From assembly GCF_009914755.1 (NCBI RefSeq), contig NC_060926.1: a stretch of 64,000 bases of DNA; one strand, 5' to 3'. Shown here piece after piece: positions 56,916 to 64,000 of the stretch; position 1 is the first letter of the stretch; every line of letters begins with the position of its first letter. Under the pieces are notes generated by a model. It saw only the letters and a program-made list of their open reading frames with translations, searched no databases and was not told where the DNA came from. A program made the position numbers and the translations under genes. The stretch is from the human T2T-CHM13v2.0 reference genome, Homo sapiens.

Positions 56916-57284
56916 TATATTAGTGAGCTTGAACTTCTATTTTAAATAAAATACCATGGTGTAAACAACAGACATTTATTTCTTATACTTTTGGACTCTG
57001 TGAAATCAAAGATCAAGGTGCTGGTAGATTCAGTTCCTGAGGATGGATTTCTTTCTCTATTGCAGATGTTCACTTTTTTTCTGTGCCCTCACATGCAGAG
57101 ACAGTGAGCACTCAGGTCTCCTTTCCTCTACTTACAAAGACTCTAATTCCAATAGCGGAACCCATCCTCATGCCCTCATCTAAGTCTAATTATCTCTCAA
57201 AGGTCTTACTCCAAGTATGATTTTATTGTAGTCTAGGACATCAGCATATGAACTTTGGGTGAACAAAACATTCAGTCCGTAACA
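56916..57284 (-). mobile_element. MLT1A-type solo LTR inside L1
   Basis: aaacaacagacatttatttc...aagatcaaggtgctggtagattc...acattcagtccgtaaca; TSD ttagt/ttagt. Confidence 0.85.
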
Positions 57285-58016
57285 TTAGTCTAGTTAAATA
57301 TTGTTGATCTTTTCAAAAACCAACTCTTAGTTTTATTGAGTTTTGCTATTGTTTTTATGTTCTCTCTTTCATTTAGTTCTGCCCCAATCTTTATTTTTTT
57401 TTTTGTACTAACTTTGACCTTAGTTTGATTTTCTTATCTAGTTTCTTAAGGCATAAAGTTATTTGGTTTATTTGAAATCTTTTTCAACATAGGTGTTTAC
57501 CACCATAAACTTCCCTCTTGGCACTGTTTTTGCTGCATCCCACAAATTTATTTATGCTATGTTTTTGTTTTGGTTTGTCTCAAGATATTTTCTAGTATCC
57601 CTCTTGATTTCTTCTTTGATCCATTGGTTCCCCAAGAGTGTGTTGTTTAATTTCCACATTTTTGTGCTTTTTCCAATTTTCCTTCTGCTATTGATTTCTA
57701 GCTTCATGCTTTTGTAGTTGAAAAAGATACTAGGTATGATGTCAGTCTTCTTATATTTGTTAATATGTGGCTTGAAGTCTATGGCCTGTCCTGGAGAATG
57801 CTCCTGTACACATTTGAGAAGCTTGTGTTTTCTACTGCTGTTAGATGGAATGTTCTGTTTACCTGTTCAGTCTATAGTGTTGTTCAAACTTGTTTTCTTA
57901 TTGTTCTTCTATCTGGTTGATCTAAGACTTATTAAAAGGGTGATACTGAACTCTGCTCCTATTGTTGTGTTGTTGTCTACTTCTACCTTCAGTTTTGTCA
58001 ATGTTTGTTTCATACA

Positions 58017-58372
58017 CAGGTTGAATATGCCTTATCCCAAATGCTTTGGAACAGAAGTATTTCATTTTCAGACTTTTTTTTGGATTTTTGAATATTTGTA
58101 TATCCATAATGACATATCTTGGAGATGGGACCCAAATCTAAACACAAAATATATTTGTTTCATATATACCAAATACACATTGCCTGAAGATAATTATATA
58201 TAGTATTTTTAAAATTTTGTATATGAAACATAGTTTGTGTTCACCGAACTATCAGAAATCAAAGGTGTCAGGTGTGAGTTTTCTACTTGAGGTGTCATAT
58301 CAGTGCTCAAAAAGATTTAGATCTTGAATCATTTCAAGATTTCAGATTTTTTGATTAGGGATGCTCAACCTT
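58017..58372. mobile_element. Tigger4b (MER46B) fossil inside L1
   Basis: TIR-like ends caggttgaatatgccttatcc and gattagggatgctcaacct; gggacccaaatctaaacacaaaat interior. Confidence 0.85.
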
Positions 58373-59108
58373 TATTTAGGTGTTCTGATGTTGGGTGCAT
58401 ATTTATTTACAGTTGTTCTATCTTCCTGGTGGATTGATTCTGTTTTCATTATAAAATATTTTTCTTTGTCTCTTGTAACAATTTCTATTTTGTCTAAGTA
58501 CAGCCACCCTGCCCTTTTGTTTGCATGAGATATTTTATTCCATCTCTTCACTTTTGGCCTATGTGTGTCTTGAAATCTAAAGTGAGTCTCTTGTACACAA
58601 CATATAGTTAGGTCTCAATGTTTTTGTTGTTGTCTATTTCACCACTCTAATTTCTGTGGATAGAGAAGCTGAGACTCAAAAATAATATTATTTATCAGCA
58701 CATATGATGGCTTTTTACATGCTGGGAAAGATGACTGCTTTTACACAACATCAATATCCTTAAATTGTGAACTTCTATTTAGGTTCTAGTCCACCAATAA
58801 ACCCACTGTCATTTTTGGTTATGTGCTTCCATAAACTAATCTTTATTTTATTTCTTTGCATGTTTTTTCTCTTTCATTAGAATGCTGCCTTTCTGTAGTA
58901 ATATTGAGAAACATTTTACTTTGTCCATATCTTCTTTCCATTTAACAATATTACCAAAAACAAGCAAACAAAGAAACTAAAGCTCAATTTATTCAACCAA
59001 AAATGGTTATTTATCTTCATTTCTTTACATTTATGGGCACTGAACAAATTCTATCCCATTTTTCCCATAGGAAAAAAAAAGCACATTAAATGATTGAAAG
59101 AAGTTATC

Positions 59109-59340
59109 TGTATTCATTTTCTATCGATGCTTAACAAATTAACACAAATATAGTAGATTAGAGACACACATTTATCCTCTTACAGTTCTCTAAGAACTTG
59201 TCTCTTAGGGCTAAAATCAAGGTGTTGGCTGCTTTCTCCTGCAGCCTCTGGGGGACAGTCTGTTTTCTTGGCTTTCTTTGCCCTTGTGCTCTGAGCTCAC
59301 CTGTGCCAGAAAGCTCCAGCCACCGCAGCTTTGGAAGCAT
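59109..59340 (-). mobile_element. MLT1 (D/E-like) LTR fragment
   Basis: tgtattcattttctat...catttatcctcttacagttct...gggctaaaatcaaggtgttggc. Confidence 0.65.
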
Positions 59341-60575
59341 GCCTCCCTCTCTGCCCTCAGAGTGGAGGATCTTGTATGAAGCCTGGATCACCAGCCCAGC
59401 CTGTTCAGGAGAGCTCTCTCTGGGGTGTGTTCCTTCCAGCAGCACAGCTTAGAAGGAAAATATAGGGTGGAGGTTCAAAAGGATCAAGATATTTTTATTT
59501 CCAGAAGGTTATTGGACTCTTTATGCACTGGCACCTGCCGCAACAAGTGAGGGGAAGCTCCTTGCCTTTTCTATTTCCCTTATATTTGTGTGACTAAAAG
59601 AGGCTACTCTAGTGTTTTTAATTTCCTTTTCTTAAAAACACAAACAAACAAAAAAAAAAAGTCTGTCCCTAGGGGATTTTCTTTCCTTCTCACTCAGACA
59701 GAAGCAGCAAACATACGGTGTCTGATTTCACCCCCCTACATCCAGCATCATACACAGATGAGCAAACCCTTCACTCAGGAAGGGGATGAGTGATTTTTCT
59801 TTCAATATTTGTAGAGATGGAGTCTCTAAGTAAGAGAGCAGTGTCTGCTTGGCCTACCATTGGAGCCTGATTCTGCATAACGATTCCAATCACCTGCGTG
59901 TCCCAGTGTTTTTCTGTCTTACTTAAGAGAGTTCTTTTGGAGATCCCACCCACAGGCTCTGACCTTATGGAATATTCAAAGCTGATGCAGTCCCCAGCGC
60001 TGTCTCTTCCATTCCACTAGCGTCCATCAACTCAGTCAGCTCAGACACAGCCCTGAGCAGTAAACTGCGTCCTTGGGGCCTTTGGTCCAAGCCTCAGTGC
60101 TTTTCCTAGCTTTGCCTTCTGTGCCTCAGCCACTGGATTCAGATTCCATTGTCCCATCTGTGGGGGCCAACGTGAAGCTTTAAATAAATGTGTAAACATC
60201 TTTTATTTGTTACAGCCTGTGACATTATGATTGCATCATTCTCCACCAACAATAAGAAAATTTACATTACAATGATTTGTCCCATTGAGTGTGTAGCACG
60301 AAATTCTCATGGAATTTAATAAATGGTCATCAAGTTGACCCATTTAAAAAAAAAAAAACTCACAGAATTTTGAAAACCAAAGCATGGCAAATCATTATTG
60401 GAGACAGACAGTGCAATTAACACAGTGAGGTGGCTGAGAAGTTCCACAATAGCAAAAGTATCCCGCCTTCTTCAATCTACTTTTCTCCAAATCTATGCAA
60501 ACAAAGAGTGTTTAAAAAATATAACTTTTTAATATCAAACACATTTTGGGAAATGCTGCTGTGTTGATACCATCA

Positions 60576-62720
60576 CATTTCAGTAAAACTTCCATGAAAG
60601 TCACCGACGCTGAGCATTTCAGTAGAACTTCCACGAAGGTCACCGATGCTGAGCATTTCAGTAGAACTTCCATGAAAGTCACCGACGCTGAGCATTTCAG
60701 TAGAACTTCCGTGAAGGTCACCGATGCTGAGCATTTCAGTAGAACTTCCATGAAGGTCACCGATGCTGAGCATTTCAGTAGAACTTCCATGAAAGTCATG
60801 GATGCTGAGCATTTCAGTAGAACTTCCATGAAAGTCATTGATGCTGAGCATTTCAGTAGAACTTCCATGAGAGTCACTGAGGCTGAGCATTTCAGTAGAA
60901 CTTCCATGAAAGTCACTGATGCTGAGCATTTCAGTAGAACTTCCATGAAGGTCACCGACGCTGAGCATTTCAGCAGAACTTCCATGAGAGTCACCAATGC
61001 TGAGCATTTCAGTAGAACTTCCATGAAGGTCACCGACGCTGAGCATTTCAGCAGAACTTCCATGAGAGTCACCAATGCTGAGCATTTCAGTAGAACTTCC
61101 ATGAAAGTCACCGACGCTGAGCATTTCAGTAGAACTTCCATGAAAGTCACCGACGCTGAGCATTTCAGCAGAACTTCCATGAGAGTCACCAATGCTGAGC
61201 ATTTCAGTAGAACTTCCATGAAAGTCACCAACGCTGAGCATTTCAGTAGAACTTCCATGAAGGTCACCGATGCTGAGCATTTCAGTAGAACTTCCATGAA
61301 AGTCACGGATGCTGAGCATTTCAGTAGAACTTCCATGAAAGTCATTGATGCTGAGCATTTCAGTAGAACTTCCATGAGAGTCACTGAGGCTGAGCATTTC
61401 AGTAGAACTTCCATGAAAGTCACTGATGCTGAGCATTTCAGTAGAACTTCCATGAAGGTCACCGACGCTGAGCATTTCAGCAGAACTTCCATGAGAGTCA
61501 CCAATGCTGAGCATTTCAGTAGAACTTCCATGAAGGTCACCGACGCTGAGCATTTCAGCAGAACTTCCATGAGAGTCACCAATGCTGAGCATTTCAGTAG
61601 AACTTCCATGAAAGTCACCGACGCTGAGCATTTCAGTAGAACTTCCATGAAAGTCACCGACGCTGAGCATTTCAGTAGAACTTCCATGAAGGTCACCGAT
61701 GCTGAGCATTTCAGTAGAACTTCCATGAAGGTCACCGATGCTGAGCATTTCAGTAGAACTTCCATGAGAGTCACCGACCCTGAGCATTTCAGTAGAACTT
61801 CCATGAGATACACCGATGCTGAGCATTTCAGTAGAACTTCCACGAAGGTCACCGACGCTGAGTGTTTCAGTAGAACTTCCGTGAAAGTCACCGACGCTAA
61901 GCATTTCAATAGAACTTCCATGAAGGTCACCAACACTGAGCATTTCAGTAGAACTTCCGTGAAAGTCACCGACGCTGAGCATTTCAATAGAACTTCTGTG
62001 AAGGTCACCAACGCTGAGCATTTCAGTAGAACTTCCACAAAGGTCACTAACGCTGAGCATTTCAGTAGAACTTCCGTGAAGGTCACCGATGCTGAGCATT
62101 TCAGTAGAACTTCCACGAAGGTCACCGACGCTGAGCATTTCAGTAGAACTTCCGTGAAAGTCACCGACACTGAGCATTTCAATACAACTTCCATGAAGGT
62201 CACCGACACTGAGCATTTCAGTAGAGCTTCCATGAAGGTCACCGATGCTGAGCATTTCAGTAGAACTTCCATGAAAGTCACCAACGCTGAGCATTTCAGT
62301 AGAACTTCCGTGAAGGTCACCGACGCTGAGCATTTCAGTAGAACTTCCGTGAAAGTCACCGACGCTGAGCATTTCAATAGAACTTCCATGAAGGTCACTG
62401 ACGCTGAGCATTTCAATAGAACTTCCGTGAAAGTCACCGATGCTGAACATTTCAGTAGAACTTCGATGGAAGTTGCCAATGCTGAGCATTTCAGTAGAAC
62501 TTCCATGAAAGTCACCAACGCTGAGCATTTCAGTAGAACTTCCACGAAGGTCACCAATGCTGAGCATTTCAGTAGAACTTCCACGAAAATGACTGACACT
62601 GAGCATTTCAGTAGAATTTCCATGGAAGTCACCAACACTGAGCATTTCAGTAGAACTTCCATGAAAGTCACCGATGCTGAGCATTTCCATAGAACTTCCA
62701 TGAAAGTGACCGACGCTGAG
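60576..62720. repeat. Minisatellite, exactly 55 x 39 bp (catttcagtagaacttccatgaaagtcaccgacgctgag)
   Basis: 2145 bp = 55 x 39; unbroken 13-codon periodicity in the ORF track indicates no net indels. Confidence 0.97.
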
Positions 62721-63102
62721 ATGGAATGACTCCTGTGAAACCCTCACAAAATGGACCCCCCCCCCCATGAAAGAGGAACCATGAATATTTACCTGATAAC
62801 AAGAAGTACCACAAAAGACCCTGGCAACACCACAAGCTGCACAAAGACCACTGCAACCTTGTGCAAAGACAAGTCTTCTATGAGGACACAAGCTCCCCTT
62901 GCTATTGATCCTTGTAGCCAAGGATAACGGTTTCAAAACAACTTCTGTAACCTCCTCACTTTGCCTTTAAGCTTTCCTGAATCCCAGCCTCTTTGGATAT
63001 CCCTATAATCTCTTATAGCACATATGTCCCAGCTTGCAATTGCCTACATAGTCCCAAATAAACTTTGGGAGAGCCTCTCTCTGTCATTGTATTAGGCTGA
63101 CA
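62699..63102 (+). mobile_element. MER65-type ERV1 solo LTR whose 5' end is part of the 39-bp VNTR unit
   Basis: cctgataacaagaagtaccacaaaagac...tattgatccttgtagccaaggataa; AATAAA 63057-63062; ends aggctgaca; TSD cttc/ctcc. Confidence 0.8.
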
Positions 63103-63606
63103 CTCCCTAACCCAACATATTGGACTGTTCATTCCACACTGTTTCCTGCACAGAGAGCCAGCAGGTGCCCCTTCCTCTGCAGGTGGAAACACATCAGCCC
63201 ATGACCGACATGTGAACACAGGTGAGGAGTGCAGCGAGGGATCCATACAGGGTGTCCCCAGCTTAGAACTCAACACAAGTATTTTGTTCAAACAAAATGT
63301 CAAAATGTGATTTCAATCAGCTCTAGTTACAAATTCATAATTCAAGATAGCCTTGCTGGTAATACTTGGTTAGAAAATTAACCAGACCAGAGATATCATG
63401 ACTCAGCTTTTGGCTGAATTGAAGATGTTCAGTGAAATGCCCACAGGATGCCTGTTTATTCAGTATCTGGATCATGACATAATGGACTGAGTATTGTTTC
63501 ATAAGCTTTAATTTCATTCCTGGCTTTCAGTACTACTCATTGAGTTTTAGTATGGAATTTAGTGGTGTGACCGATTTCACTGCTAGCTAGTAATTTCTTT
63601 TATTTT

Positions 63607-63909
<303 letters not shown>

Positions 63910-64000
63910 ATTGCTAGTACTTTCAAAGATTATGCAGTGTAACTTCAACTTATGGTACCAAAAACTATTGATGTTGTTTTGAATATGTGCATTATTACTG

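Larger units (their letters stand above)
54195..58640 (-). mobile_element. Antisense old L1 (L1MA/L1MB-type, 3' end at left) with nested MLT1A and Tigger4b
   Basis: L1 3' UTR motifs (catatataagtgagataatgcag) followed by T-rich ORF2 reverse strand. Confidence 0.88.

Noticed and set aside
60546-62729. 727-787 aa ORFs as genuine protein-coding genes
   Set aside because: They are essentially translations of a 39-bp tandem repeat. Two of the three start at non-ATG codons, they have no recognisable domain or exon structure, and they are open on both strands.

Overview
Primate (very likely human) genomic DNA with no prokaryote-type features. The window lies inside the + strand gene SNTG2 (gamma-2 syntrophin; subtelomeric 2p25.3 by established knowledge). 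Two phase-0 coding exons are visible: 9757-9849 (SRTYMCSWQGEMLCFTVDFALGFTCFESKTK) and 17527-17637 (NVLWRFKFSQLKGSSDDGKTRVKLLFQNLDTKQIEMK). The terminal exon is not seen in the window. The rest is intronic and dense in Alu, L1, MIR, MaLR/ERVL/ERV1 LTRs and DNA transposon fossils. The most striking structure is a 'minisatellite nursery': five large VNTRs (units of 55, 44, ~43-52, 113 and 39 bp) plus about nine 2-3 copy local duplications. At least three VNTRs can be traced to specific pieces of transposable elements (a MIR tail, a Tigger4a interior and a MER65 LTR/flank junction). The 39-bp array is exactly 55 units and produces three ~730-790 aa repeat ORFs that are most likely artefacts. Testable hypotheses include a TDP-43-type cryptic poison exon, an in-frame alternative last exon, a DUX4 site in an antisense THE1 LTR, and a fossil GC-biased gene conversion tract. 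I did not find a clearly new protein-coding system. Repeat subfamily names come from my recall of consensus sequences and need RepeatMasker/Dfam confirmation.
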